This document shows, one piece after another, positions 29,930 through 39,229 of a DNA stretch of 64,000 nt; the stretch's first letter is position 1; each line of letters starts with the position of its first letter. Source of the DNA: an uncultured Gemmatimonadales bacterium. Its GTDB lineage: Bacteria; Gemmatimonadota; Gemmatimonadetes; Longimicrobiales; RSA9. The position numbers were made by a program, and so were the translations under genes. The DNA lies in assembly GCA_963816355.1 (NCBI GenBank), contig CAWFKH010000005.1, positions 340,074 through 404,073 of the forward strand, read 5' to 3'. The notes beneath the pieces are model-generated. The model made no database searches, had not been told where the DNA came from, and saw nothing but the letters and a program-made list of their open reading frames with translations.

Positions 29930-30375
29930 GGGCTCGCCTTCGGCGAGGGAAGCTCGCCTGGCGGCGAAGGAAGCTCGCCTGCGGCGAGGGAAGCCCGCCT
30001 GCGGCGGGGGAAGCCGCCTCCGGCGGGGGCCGGCTGCGCCGGGGAGGCTCGCCTGACGGCGAGGGAAGCTCGCCTCCGGCGGGGGCCGGCTGCGCCGGGG
30101 AGGCTCGCCTGACGGCGAGGGAAGCTCGCCTGCGGCGAGGGCCGGCTGCGCCGGGGAAGCCCGCCTGACGGCGGGGGAAGCCGCCTGCGGCGGGGGCCGG
30201 CTGCGCCGGGGAAGCCCGCCTGGCGGCGGGGGAAGCCCGCCTCCGGCGGGGGCCGGCTGCGCCGGGGAGGCTCGCCTGACGGCGAGGGAAGCCGCCTCCG
30301 GCGGGGGCCGGCTGCGCCGGGGAGGCTCGCCTGACGGCGAGGGAAGCTCGCCTCCGGCGGGGGGCCGCCTGCGGG
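29930..30375. repeat. tandem hairpin-repeat array, A orientation (units GGCGAGGGAAGCTCGCC and the 32-nt nested variant, organised in ~57-bp higher-order repeats x6-7)
   Basis: Read directly. Each unit is a 6-bp stem with a GGAAG loop, and the longer unit nests a CCGGC..GCCGG hairpin. Confidence 0.8.
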
Positions 30376-30384
30376 TCTTTCAGG

Positions 30385-30816
30385 TCAGGGGCGATCCGAG
30401 GAGGCCCGACGTTGCATGGCGCGGCAGTGGTGGACGAGCACTATGCCGAGACGGCGCGCGGCGGCCCGGCACGGGGCGAGCGACTCGGCGGGCTCGATGC
30501 CTTTGATCGCGAGCAGCGCCAATGCGTTCTCCGCTTCGGAGACGGAGCGGCGGGCGATTCGGTAGATGCGTGCCTTTTCCGCCGGCCGATACTCACCGAT
30601 CGCTTCGCCCACGTTCAGGACCGCCGAATCGACCGCCCGATCGAGCTGGTCGCTCAACGCGGGCCACGATCGCCTCACCCGATTGACGATCGGCAACGCC
30701 GCCGCCGCGAATCCCTCGGCCAGCCGCCGCACGGCAAGCCCCTCATACTCAGCGCCCAAACCCTCCTCCTCTCCGTCCGTCATCACAACATCCACTCCCT
30801 GCCCGGCCAGATCCAT
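30385..30816 (-). CDS. four-helix-bundle protein (TIGR02436 / 23S rRNA intervening-sequence protein / Avd-like family)
   Basis: The C-terminal 143 aa of ORF 30385..32376 align to the family consensus (WPALSDQLDRAVDSAVLNVGEAIGEY...KARIYRIARRSVSEAENALALLAIKGI versus FPKEE.YGLTSQIRRSAISIPSNIAEGYGR...EFVHFLYIALGSATELDTQLIIACELGYI). An alternative ATG lies at 30783. Confidence 0.75.
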   Translation of the reverse strand: MDLAGQGVDVVMTDGEEEGLGAEYEGLAVRRLAEGFAAAALPIVNRVRRSWPALSDQLDRAVDSAVLNVGEAIGEYRPAEKARIYRIARRSVSEAENALALLAIKGIEPAESLAPCRAAARRLGIVLVHHCRAMQRRASSDRP

Positions 30817-30837
30817 GTCCCCGTGAGCCCTAACCAA

Positions 30838-31195
30838 GGCGGTTTGCCCCGGCGCAGCCGGCCCCTCGCCGCCAGGCGAGCTTCCCCGGCGCAGCCGGCC
30901 CCTCGCCGAAGGCGAGCTCCCCCGGCGCAGCCGGCCCCTCGCCGAAGGCGAGCTCCCCCTCGCGAAGCGAGCTTCCCTCGCCGAAGGCGAGCTCCCCCGG
31001 CGCAGCCGGCCCCTCGCCGAAGGCGAGCTCCCCCTCGCGAAGCGAGCTTCCCTCGCCGAAGGCGAGCTCCCCCGGCGCAGCCGGCCCCTCGCCGAAGGCG
31101 AGCTTCCCTCGCGAAGCGAGCTTCCCTCGCCGCCAGGCGAGCTTCCCCGGCGCAGCCGGCTTCCCTCGCCGCAGGCGAGCGCTCCGCGCTTGCGC
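30838..31195. repeat. tandem hairpin-repeat array, B orientation (reverse complement of the 29930-30375 array)
   Basis: Units AGGCGAGCTTCCCTCGCC and CCGGCGCAGCCGGCCCCTCGCC are the reverse complements of the A-array units. Confidence 0.8.
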
Positions 31196-31260
31196 CACCC
31201 GCCCGCCTCCCTCATCATCGCCACCCCGGGCCGGACCGACCCACGACGGAGCAGCCCATC

Positions 31261-32400
31261 ATGCGCGTGATCCTCCTCGGCGCGGGCCGCGTCGGCGCTG
31301 CCATCGCCCGCGACCTGGCGGACGACGACGCCTTCGACCTGAGCGTCGCCGACGCCGACGCGAGCGCGCTCGAGCCGATCGCGCGCGCCGGCGTGCGCGT
31401 GGTCGCGGCCGATCTCTCCCGGCCCGGCGCCATCGCCGACGTGACGGCCGGCCACGACCTGGTCGTCTGCGCCGTGCCGGGCCCGATCGGTTTCGAGACG
31501 GTGCGGAGCGCGCTCGAGGCCGGCCACGACGTCGTCGACATCTCGTTCTTCGAGGAGGACGCGTTCGAGCTCGACGCGCTCGCGCGCGAGCGGGGCTGCA
31601 CGGCGATCGTCGACTGCGGCGTCGCGCCCGGCTTCAGCAACCTCGTGCTCGGGCACCTCGAGGCCACGCTCGAGACGACGGCGCGTTTCCGCTGCGTCGT
31701 GGGCGGGCTGCCGCGCGTGCGCCGCTGGCCGTACGAGTACCGGGCGCCGTTCTCGCCGATCGACGTGCTGGCCGAGTACACGCGGCCGGCCCGGCTGCGC
31801 CGCGGCGGGCGCGAGGTGGTGTTGCCGGCGCTGTCCGAGGTCGAGCTCGTGGACTTCGACGGCGTCGGCACGCTGGAGGCGTTCAACACGGACGGCCTGC
31901 GCACCCTGCTCCGCACCGCGCGCACGCCGGAGCTGGCGGAGAAGACGCTCCGCTACCCCGGCCACGCCGACCGCATGCGGATGCTGCGCGACAGCGGCTT
32001 TTTCGACGCCGCGGCGATCGACGTCGCGGGCACGCCGGTGCGGCCGCTCGACGTGACGGCGCGGCTGCTCTTCGAGGCGTGGCGGTTCGAGCCGGGCGAG
32101 GCGGACCTGACCGTGATGCGCATCGAGGTGGATGGGACGGAGGCCGGCGAGCCGGTGCGCCACACCTGGGAGCTGCTCGATCGGTACGACGACGCCACCG
32201 CCACGCTGTCGATGGCGCGCACGACCGGCTACACCTGCACCGCCGTCGTCCGCCTGCTGGAGCGCGGGCTCTACCGGCGGCCCGGCGTCTCGCCGCCCGA
32301 ATACGTCGGTGCGCAGCCCGGCTGCTTCGAGTTCGTCGTCGAGCGGCTGGCGGAACGTGGCGTCGCCTGGCGCCACACGCGGACGAGTCCGCCGGCCTGA
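31261..32400 (+). CDS. saccharopine dehydrogenase NADP-binding domain protein
   Basis: It has the Rossmann motif MRVILLGAGRVGAAIARDLADDD. The ATG at 31261 is in frame in ORF 30412..32400. Confidence 0.85.
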   Translation: MRVILLGAGRVGAAIARDLADDDAFDLSVADADASALEPIARAGVRVVAADLSRPGAIADVTAGHDLVVCAVPGPIGFETVRSALEAGHDVVDISFFEEDAFELDALARERGCTAIVDCGVAPGFSNLVLGHLEATLETTARFRCVVGGLPRVRRWPYEYRAPFSPIDVLAEYTRPARLRRGGREVVLPALSEVELVDFDGVGTLEAFNTDGLRTLLRTARTPELAEKTLRYPGHADRMRMLRDSGFFDAAAIDVAGTPVRPLDVTARLLFEAWRFEPGEADLTVMRIEVDGTEAGEPVRHTWELLDRYDDATATLSMARTTGYTCTAVVRLLERGLYRRPGVSPPEYVGAQPGCFEFVVERLAERGVAWRHTRTSPPA

Positions 32401-32600
32401 GATCGCGCGCTTCTGCCGCCGGCGGCTTGCGCGCCCCCCCGAGCGCTCTCCGCGGACCCGCGGCCCGGCTCCGGAGTAGGAGATCGGCTCTCAACGTTAT
32501 TCGCCACCCCGGCGTCAGAAACCTGGATGCGCGACTGGTGCCGCGACGACGCCGGGGCTCGCCCGGCGCAGCCGCGTTCGAACGGAGAAGCCACACGAGG

Positions 32601-34061
32601 ATGAAGATTTCGGCCGGACGCGTGCTCGCGCCCGTGCTGCTCGCCGGCTGTGTCCATGGCCCGCCTTCCGTCGCCGGCGTGGCGGGCGCGCCCGCCACGC
32701 CGCACGACGTGTGGACGCCGCCCGCGGAGGCCGTCGAACCGTCGCTCGTGCCGATGCCGGCGGCGGTGCCGGCGCCGCTTCCGGCGGACGTCGCCGCGCG
32801 CGTGCGGCAGTTGCGCCTCGCCGACGTGGTCGACCTGGCGCTGCGCGGCAACCCGGCGACGCGCGCTTCGTGGGCGCAGGCGATCGCGGCCGCGGACGCG
32901 TACGGCGTGCAGCGCGGGCGCTGGTTTCCCACGTTCGACCTGAACGTGGCGGCGACGCAGACGCAGTCGCTCTCGACCGCGACGCGTTTCGGCGGCCGCC
33001 GCCGCCAGCTCAACCCCGGCGTCAGCCTCTCGTACGTGCTCTTCGACCTGGGCGGCCGCGGCGGCGCCGTGGACGCGGCGAAGCAGGCCGCCGTCGCCGC
33101 CGGCCTCACGCACAACAGCGTCCTCCAGACGGTCGTGCTGCAGGCGGAGACGGCGTACTTCGACTACATGTCGACACGCGCGCTGCTCGACGCGCAGCAG
33201 GCGTCCGTGCGGGAGGCGCAGGCGAACCTCGAGTCGGCGCAGCATCGCCACGACGTCGGCCTCGCCACGATCGCGGACGTGCTGCAGGCGAAGACCGCCG
33301 CGTCGCAGGCGCAGCTCGCGCTCGAGACCGTGAGCGGTCAGCTGCGCGCGGCGCAGGGCGCGCTCGCCGTCGCGATGGGCTTGCCGGCGAACGTGAGCTA
33401 CGACGTGGTGCCGCCCGCGGCGCCCGTCGAGGTGCGCGACGTCGCGGAGAGCGTCGATTCGCTGATCGCGGCCGCGGTGAGCAGCCGTCCGGACCTTGCG
33501 GCGGCGGCGGCGCAGGCGCGGCAGGCGGCGGCGGCGGTGCGCCGGACGCGCGGCGCGTCGCTGCCCACGCTCTCCTTCTCCGGCAACGCCGGCGAGGTCT
33601 ACAGCGACCTCCCCGAGTTCAGCGGCAACAACTACAACCTCTCGCTCACGGTCCAGGTCCCGGTGTTCAGCGGCTTCTCGCTGCGCTACGCGACGCTCGC
33701 CGCGCGGGCCGAGGCGGACGCGGCCCGGGCGCGCGCGGAGGGCGTGCGGCAGCAGGTCGTCAACCAGGTCTTCACTTCGTACTACGCGCTGCAGACCGCG
33801 ACGCAGCGGGCGCACACGAGCGACGACCTGCTCGCCAGCGCCACGCAGTCTGAGGAGGTGGCCACCGGCCGCTACCGCGAAGGCGTCGGAACCATCCTCG
33901 ACCTGCTCACCGCCCAGCGGGCGCTCGCCGACGCGCGCGCGCAGCAGGTACAGGCCCGCTGGGACTGGTACGCCGCCCTCGCCCGTCTCGCCTACGACGT
34001 CGGCGTCCTCGGGCCGGCCGGCGAAACGCCCATCCCCCTCTCGCCCCCCACGCACGAATGA
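32601..34061 (+). CDS. efflux transporter outer membrane factor lipoprotein (NodT/OprM family)
   Basis: It has lipobox VLLAGC and two TolC-like repeats. The ATG at 32601 is preceded by GAGG. Confidence 0.85.
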   Translation: MKISAGRVLAPVLLAGCVHGPPSVAGVAGAPATPHDVWTPPAEAVEPSLVPMPAAVPAPLPADVAARVRQLRLADVVDLALRGNPATRASWAQAIAAADAYGVQRGRWFPTFDLNVAATQTQSLSTATRFGGRRRQLNPGVSLSYVLFDLGGRGGAVDAAKQAAVAAGLTHNSVLQTVVLQAETAYFDYMSTRALLDAQQASVREAQANLESAQHRHDVGLATIADVLQAKTAASQAQLALETVSGQLRAAQGALAVAMGLPANVSYDVVPPAAPVEVRDVAESVDSLIAAAVSSRPDLAAAAAQARQAAAAVRRTRGASLPTLSFSGNAGEVYSDLPEFSGNNYNLSLTVQVPVFSGFSLRYATLAARAEADAARARAEGVRQQVVNQVFTSYYALQTATQRAHTSDDLLASATQSEEVATGRYREGVGTILDLLTAQRALADARAQQVQARWDWYAALARLAYDVGVLGPAGETPIPLSPPTHE

Positions 34062-35368
34062 GCATGCGCAGCGATGGATCTCTTGCGGGCACCGCGGGCG
34101 CCGGCGCCACGGGCGACACGGGCGTGGGCACTGCGGGCGCCACGGGCGCCGCGGGCGTAGGCCCTGCGGGCGCCGCGGGCGTAGGCCCTGCGGGCGCCGC
34201 GGGTGTTGGCCCTGCGGGCGCCGCGCGCGTTGGCGCGCGCGTCTTTCGCGCCGTTGGGGCGGTGCTCCTCGTCGGGCCGCTGGCGGGCGCCTGCGGCCGG
34301 CAGCCGCAGCGCGGCGCGGCGCCGGTCCCCGTCACGGTCGCGGTCGCGGAACGGCGCGCCGCGCCGTTCACGATCACCGCCAACGGCGTCGTGGAGCCGC
34401 TGCAGACGGTGGCGGTGGAGCCGCAGGTCAACGGGATCGTCACGAGCGTCGATTTCGCCGAGGGCGACGATGTGCGCGCGGGGCAGCCGCTGTTCCACAT
34501 CGATGCGCGCCCGTACGAGGCCGCGCTGCAGCAGGCGGAGGCGACGCTCGCCAGGGACGCGGCGCAGGCGGAGAACTCGCGTCGCGACGCCGAGCGCTAC
34601 CGCACGCTGGTGAAGCAGGACTACGTCACGCAGGCGCAGGCGGACCAGGCGGCCGCCACGGCGGTGGCGCAGGCGGCCGCCGTCAAGGCGGACAGCGCCG
34701 CGGTGCGGACGGCGCGGCTGAACCTCGCCTACACGGTGATCCGCGCGCCGATCGCCGGGCGCACCGGCTCGCTGCTCGTGCACGAGGGCAACGTGGCCAG
34801 GGCGACTGGCTCGCCGCTCGTCGTGATCAACCAGATCCGGCCGATCCTGGTGCGCTTCCCCGTCGCCGCGCGCGACTTCCCGGAGGTACAGCGGCACGCG
34901 GCAGGCCGCGCGCTGCCGGTCTCCGTCGCCGTCGCCGAAGGCGACCAGGGCGACCCGATCACCGGCGAGCTCAGCTTCGTCGACAACGCCGTCGACCCGC
35001 AGACCGGCACGGTGCTGCTCAAGGCGCGCTTCGCCAACGAGCGGAGCCTGCTGTGGCCGGGAGAATACGTCACGGCGAGCCTGCAGCTCTACGTCGAGCA
35101 GGGCGCCATCGTGGTGCCGGCGTCGGCGATCATCGTGACGCAGACCGGCAGCTCGGTGTTCGTCGTGGACTCGGCGGAGGTCGCGCACCAGCGCGACATC
35201 ACGCCCGGCCGCCCGCTCGCCGACCAGGTGATCGTCGCGGCTGGCGTGCAGGCGGGCGAGCGCGTGGTCACCGACGGACAGTCGCGCCTCGCCGACGGGG
35301 ACCGCGTCGTCATCCGCACCGTGCCCGCCGCCGCGCCGGGCGCGACGGAGGAAGGCGCGGCGCGATGA
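34058..35368 (+). CDS. efflux RND transporter periplasmic adaptor subunit (MFP)
   Basis: It has the motifs AcrA-like barrel-sandwich/lipoyl (GIVTSVDFAEGDDVRAGQPLFHID...VIRAPIAGRTG). The N-terminus is a Gly/Ala-rich repeat encoded by the 24-bp DNA tandem repeat, before a lipobox (LAGAC). ATGA overlaps with the OMF gene upstream and the RND gene downstream. Confidence 0.8.
   Translation: MSMRSDGSLAGTAGAGATGDTGVGTAGATGAAGVGPAGAAGVGPAGAAGVGPAGAARVGARVFRAVGAVLLVGPLAGACGRQPQRGAAPVPVTVAVAERRAAPFTITANGVVEPLQTVAVEPQVNGIVTSVDFAEGDDVRAGQPLFHIDARPYEAALQQAEATLARDAAQAENSRRDAERYRTLVKQDYVTQAQADQAAATAVAQAAAVKADSAAVRTARLNLAYTVIRAPIAGRTGSLLVHEGNVARATGSPLVVINQIRPILVRFPVAARDFPEVQRHAAGRALPVSVAVAEGDQGDPITGELSFVDNAVDPQTGTVLLKARFANERSLLWPGEYVTASLQLYVEQGAIVVPASAIIVTQTGSSVFVVDSAEVAHQRDITPGRPLADQVIVAAGVQAGERVVTDGQSRLADGDRVVIRTVPAAAPGATEEGAAR
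34100..34235. repeat. 24-bp tandem repeat x~4 (GGGCGCCGCGGGCGTAGGCCCTGC) inside the 5' end of the MFP gene
   Basis: Read directly. In frame it encodes AGVGPAGAAGVGPAGAAGVGPAG. Confidence 0.6.
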
Positions 35369-38300
35369 GCATCGCGGGCCTCTTCATCCGCAGGCCGGTG
35401 ATGACGACGCTCGTCATGCTGGCCATCCTCTTCTTCGGCATCATGTCGTACCGCCGCCTGCCGGTGAGCGACCTGCCGAACGTCGACTATCCGACGATCT
35501 CCGTCTCGGCATCGCTCCCGGGTGCGAGCCCGGAGACGATGGCGGCCGCCGTCGCGACGCCGCTCGAGAAGCAGTTCTCGACGATCGCGGGCATCGACAA
35601 CATGACGTCGAGCAGCGGCGTCGGCTCGACCAACATCACGCTGCAGTTCTCGCTCGACCGCGACATCGACGCCGCCGCGCAGGACGTCCAGGCCGCGATC
35701 TCGAAAACGCTGCGCCAGCTGCCGCGCGACATCGTCCCGCCCTCGTACCAGAAGGTGAATCCGGCCGACGCGCCGATCATGTACATGGCGCTGACCACGG
35801 ACGTCATGCCGCTCTCGCAGCTCGACGAGTACGCCGAGACGGTGCTCGCGCAGCGCATCTCGACCGTCGCCGGCGTCGCCTCCGTAAACGTGTTCGGCTC
35901 CGCGAAGTACGCCGTCCGCGTCGAGCTCGACCCCGCCGCGCTCGCGGACCGCGGCATCGGCATCGACGAGGTCGCCGGCGGCATCGCGAGCGGCAACGTG
36001 AACCTGCCTTCCGGCGTGCTGTGGGGGCCCGAACGCGCCTACACCGTGCAGGCGAGCGGGCAGCTCCACGACGCCGCCGCGTTCCGCGACCTCGTCGTCG
36101 CCTACCGCAACGGCGCCCCCGTCCATCTGCGCGACGTCGGCCAGATCAAGGACGACGTGCAGGACGACAAGTCGGCGAGCTGGTACGACGGCAGCCGCTC
36201 GATCGTGCTCGCGGTGCAGCGGCAGCCGGGCACCAACACCGTCGCCGTCGCGCGCGCGGTGCGCTCGATGGTCGACCGGCTGCAGGCGCAGATCCCGCCG
36301 GGCGTCCACATCCACAACCTGTACGACCGCTCGGAGTCGATCGGCGAGTCGGTGCGCGACGTCAAGTTCACGCTGCTCCTGACCCTCGCCCTCGTGGTGA
36401 TGGTCATCTTCCTCTTCCTGCGCAACGTCTCGGCGACGGTCATCCCGAGCCTCGCGCTGCCGATGTCGCTCGTCGGCACGTTCGCCGTGATGTACCTGCT
36501 CGGCTACAGCCTCGACAACCTCTCGCTCATGGCGCTCACGCTCGCCGTCGGCTTCGTCGTCGACGACGCGATCGTCATGCTCGAGAACGTCGTGCGCCAC
36601 ATGGAGATGGGGAAGCCGCCGATGCAGGCGGCGCTCGACGGCGCCCGCGAGATCGGCTTCACCATCGTCTCGATGACGCTGTCGCTCACCGCCGTCTTCA
36701 TCCCGATCCTCTTCATGGGCGGCATCATCGGCCGCCTCTTCCACGAGTTCGCCGTCACGATCGGCGCGGCGATCCTCGTCTCCGGATTCGTCTCGCTCAC
36801 GCTCACGCCGATGCTCGGCAGCCGCTTCCTGAAGCGGCAGAGCACGGAGCGCCACGGCCGCTTCTACCAGGCGACGGAGCGCGCCTACGAGCGTCTGCTC
36901 GGCTTCTACGAGCGCACGCTCGCCGGCGTGATGCGGCACCGGCGCGCGACGATGGCCTTCTCCGCCGCCATCCTCGTCGCGACCGTCGTGCTCTTCCTCC
37001 TCGTTCCCAAGGGATTCCTGCCCAGCGAGGACTCCGGCCGCATCTCCGTCACCACCGAGTTCGCCCAGGGCACGTCCTTCGACGCGATGCTGCGACACCA
37101 GCAGGAGGTCGCCGCCGTCGTGGCGAAGGACCCCAACGTCGCGGACTTCATGTCCTCGATCGGAGGCGGCCGCGGCACCGGCAACCAGGGCCGCATGTTC
37201 CTCCACCTCAGGGCGCGCGCCGAGCGCGTCTCCGCCGACGAGGTGATCCGCGAGCTGACGCCCAAGCTGAACGCGTTCCCCGGCGTGCGCGTCTTCATGC
37301 AGAACCCGCCGCCGATCCGCATCGGCGGCCGCACCTCCAAGTCGCTCTACCAGTTCACGCTGCAGGGCGCCGACATCGCCACGCTCTACGCCGAGTCGGA
37401 CCGCCTGCTGGACCGGATGAAGCGGATCCCGCAGATCGTCGAGGTGACGAGCGACCTGCAGATCGGCAACCCGCAGGTGGACGTGCAGATCGACCGCGAG
37501 CGCGCCGCCTCCCTCGGCGTCACCGCGCAGCAGGTCGAGAGCGCGCTCTACGACGCCTACGGCGCGCGCCAGGTCTCCACCATCTACACGCCGAACAACG
37601 AATACTGGGTCGTGATGGGCCTGCAGCCGCAGTACCAGCAGGACCTCGCCGCACTCAACCTGCTCTACATCCGCTCGCAGAACGGCGCGCTCGTACCGCT
37701 CAACTCCGTCGCCTCGCTGAGCAAAAGCCTGGGACCGCTCACCGTCAACCACTCCGGGCAGCTCCCTTCCGTCACGCTGTCGTTCGACGTCGCGCCCGGC
37801 GCTTCGCTCAGCGACGCGACTGCGGCGATCCAGCGCGCGGCGCGCGAGGTTCTGCCGTCGGCGATCACGACCGCCTTCTCCGGCACCGCGCAGGCGTACC
37901 AGGACACGCAGCAGGGGCTGCTCTTCCTGCTCCTCATGGCGATCTTCGTCATCTACGTCGTGCTCGGCATCCTCTACGAGAGCTTCATCCACCCGCTCAC
38001 GATCCTTTCCGGGCTGCCGTTCGCCGCCTTCGGTGCGCTCCTCACGCTCCTGCTCACGCGCACCGAGCTCGACGTCTACGCCTTCGTCGGCGTCATCATG
38101 CTCGTCGGGCTCGTCAAGAAGAACGCGATCATGATGATCGACTTCGCGCTCGACGCGGAGCGCAACGAGGGGAAGCCCGCGCGCGAGGCGATCCTGCAGG
38201 CGTGCAGCATCCGGTTCCGCCCGATCATGATGACGACGATGGCGGCGCTCATGGCCGCGCTCCCGATCGCGCTCGGCACCGGCGCCGGCGCCGAGGCGCG

Positions 38301-38499
38301 CCGCCCGCTCGGCATCGCCGTCGTCGGCGGGCTCGCCTTCTCGCAGGTGATCACGCTCTACGTGACGCCCGTCGTCTACACCTACCTCGACGCGTTCCAG
38401 CACCGCGCCGGCCGCCGCTTCACGCGGCGCCGCGGCGCCGCCGGCGAGGAGCGGGAGCGGCCGCACTGGCAGCCGCAGCCGGTCGCCGCCGGCGAGTAG
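35365..38499 (+). CDS. efflux RND transporter permease subunit (AcrB/HAE1 family)
   Basis: A 1044-aa, 12-TM protein with a typical N-terminus MSIAGLFIRRPVMTTLVMLAILFFG. It occupies the downstream part of ORF 33496..38499. Confidence 0.92.
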   Translation: MSIAGLFIRRPVMTTLVMLAILFFGIMSYRRLPVSDLPNVDYPTISVSASLPGASPETMAAAVATPLEKQFSTIAGIDNMTSSSGVGSTNITLQFSLDRDIDAAAQDVQAAISKTLRQLPRDIVPPSYQKVNPADAPIMYMALTTDVMPLSQLDEYAETVLAQRISTVAGVASVNVFGSAKYAVRVELDPAALADRGIGIDEVAGGIASGNVNLPSGVLWGPERAYTVQASGQLHDAAAFRDLVVAYRNGAPVHLRDVGQIKDDVQDDKSASWYDGSRSIVLAVQRQPGTNTVAVARAVRSMVDRLQAQIPPGVHIHNLYDRSESIGESVRDVKFTLLLTLALVVMVIFLFLRNVSATVIPSLALPMSLVGTFAVMYLLGYSLDNLSLMALTLAVGFVVDDAIVMLENVVRHMEMGKPPMQAALDGAREIGFTIVSMTLSLTAVFIPILFMGGIIGRLFHEFAVTIGAAILVSGFVSLTLTPMLGSRFLKRQSTERHGRFYQATERAYERLLGFYERTLAGVMRHRRATMAFSAAILVATVVLFLLVPKGFLPSEDSGRISVTTEFAQGTSFDAMLRHQQEVAAVVAKDPNVADFMSSIGGGRGTGNQGRMFLHLRARAERVSADEVIRELTPKLNAFPGVRVFMQNPPPIRIGGRTSKSLYQFTLQGADIATLYAESDRLLDRMKRIPQIVEVTSDLQIGNPQVDVQIDRERAASLGVTAQQVESALYDAYGARQVSTIYTPNNEYWVVMGLQPQYQQDLAALNLLYIRSQNGALVPLNSVASLSKSLGPLTVNHSGQLPSVTLSFDVAPGASLSDATAAIQRAAREVLPSAITTAFSGTAQAYQDTQQGLLFLLLMAIFVIYVVLGILYESFIHPLTILSGLPFAAFGALLTLLLTRTELDVYAFVGVIMLVGLVKKNAIMMIDFALDAERNEGKPAREAILQACSIRFRPIMMTTMAALMAALPIALGTGAGAEARRPLGIAVVGGLAFSQVITLYVTPVVYTYLDAFQHRAGRRFTRRRGAAGEERERPHWQPQPVAAGE

Positions 38500-38664
38500 C
38501 TCGCGCGGCCGGCGCGCGCCGACCACGACCACGCGGCCGTCCGCGCCGACCATGCGGCCGCCGCGCGCGGACCGTGCGGCCGCGGCGCGCGCATCCTATC
38601 TTGGACATCGGTACCCCTGTGCCGGCTATCCAACGTCACGTCCCCTCCGACGAGGAGCCCGACG

Positions 38665-39216
38665 ATGAGCGGACTGCTGCTGCTCGCCCTCCTTCTCGTG
38701 CTGATCGTGCTGTGGGCGATCGTCATGTACAACCGGCTCGTGTCGCTGCGCGTGCGCGCGGACAACGCGTGGTCCGACATCGACGTCCAGCTCAAGCGGC
38801 GCCACGACCTCGTACCCAACCTCGTCGAGACCGTGAAGGGCTACGCCGGCCACGAGCGCGGCACCCTCGAGGCGGTCGTCAACGCGCGCAGCGCCGCCAT
38901 GAGCGCGACCGGCCCCGCCGAGCAGGCGAAGGCCGAGAACGTGCTGACCGGCGCGCTGAAGTCGCTCTTCGCCCTCTCGGAGAACTACCCGCAGCTGCGC
39001 GCCGTCGAGTCCTTCACCAGCCTGCAGCAGTCGCTGCAACACCTCGAGGAGTCGATCCAGAGCGCCCGCCGCTACTACAACGCGGTCGTGCGCGACCTGA
39101 ACACCCGCATCGCGCAGGTCCCGTCGAACCTCGTCGCGGACACCTTCGGCTTCAAGCCGCGCGAGTTCTTCGAGACCGGCGACGAGGAGCGCGAGACCCC
39201 CAAGGTCCAGTTCTGA
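38665..39216 (+). CDS. lemA: LemA family protein
   Basis: An N-terminal TM helix followed by the LemA domain (YNRLVSLRVRADNAWSDIDVQLKRRHDLVPNLVETVKGYAGHE). Confidence 0.85.
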   Translation: MSGLLLLALLLVLIVLWAIVMYNRLVSLRVRADNAWSDIDVQLKRRHDLVPNLVETVKGYAGHERGTLEAVVNARSAAMSATGPAEQAKAENVLTGALKSLFALSENYPQLRAVESFTSLQQSLQHLEESIQSARRYYNAVVRDLNTRIAQVPSNLVADTFGFKPREFFETGDEERETPKVQF

Positions 39217-39229
39217 GCGACGCGGTCCG

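Noticed and set aside
30385-30816. The four-helix-bundle gene as the Avd of a diversity-generating retroelement
   Set aside because: No reverse transcriptase ORF and no template-repeat/variable-repeat pair within at least 25 kb on either side. The neighbours are housekeeping genes.
29930-31195. The hairpin arrays as a CRISPR locus
   Set aside because: The units are contiguous with no unique spacers between them, unit length is irregular (17 and 32 nt), and no cas genes are nearby.
33496-38499. 1667-aa ORF, the 1093-aa ORF 41594..44875, the 1575-aa ORF 50466..55193 (-) and the 1219-aa ORF 21725..25384 (-)
   Set aside because: Each is either an in-frame upstream extension of a real gene or antisense to well-supported genes (kup, the BNR protein, NMO, the S9 peptidase). 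Their composition is Arg/Gly/Ala/Pro-biased with no domain signatures.
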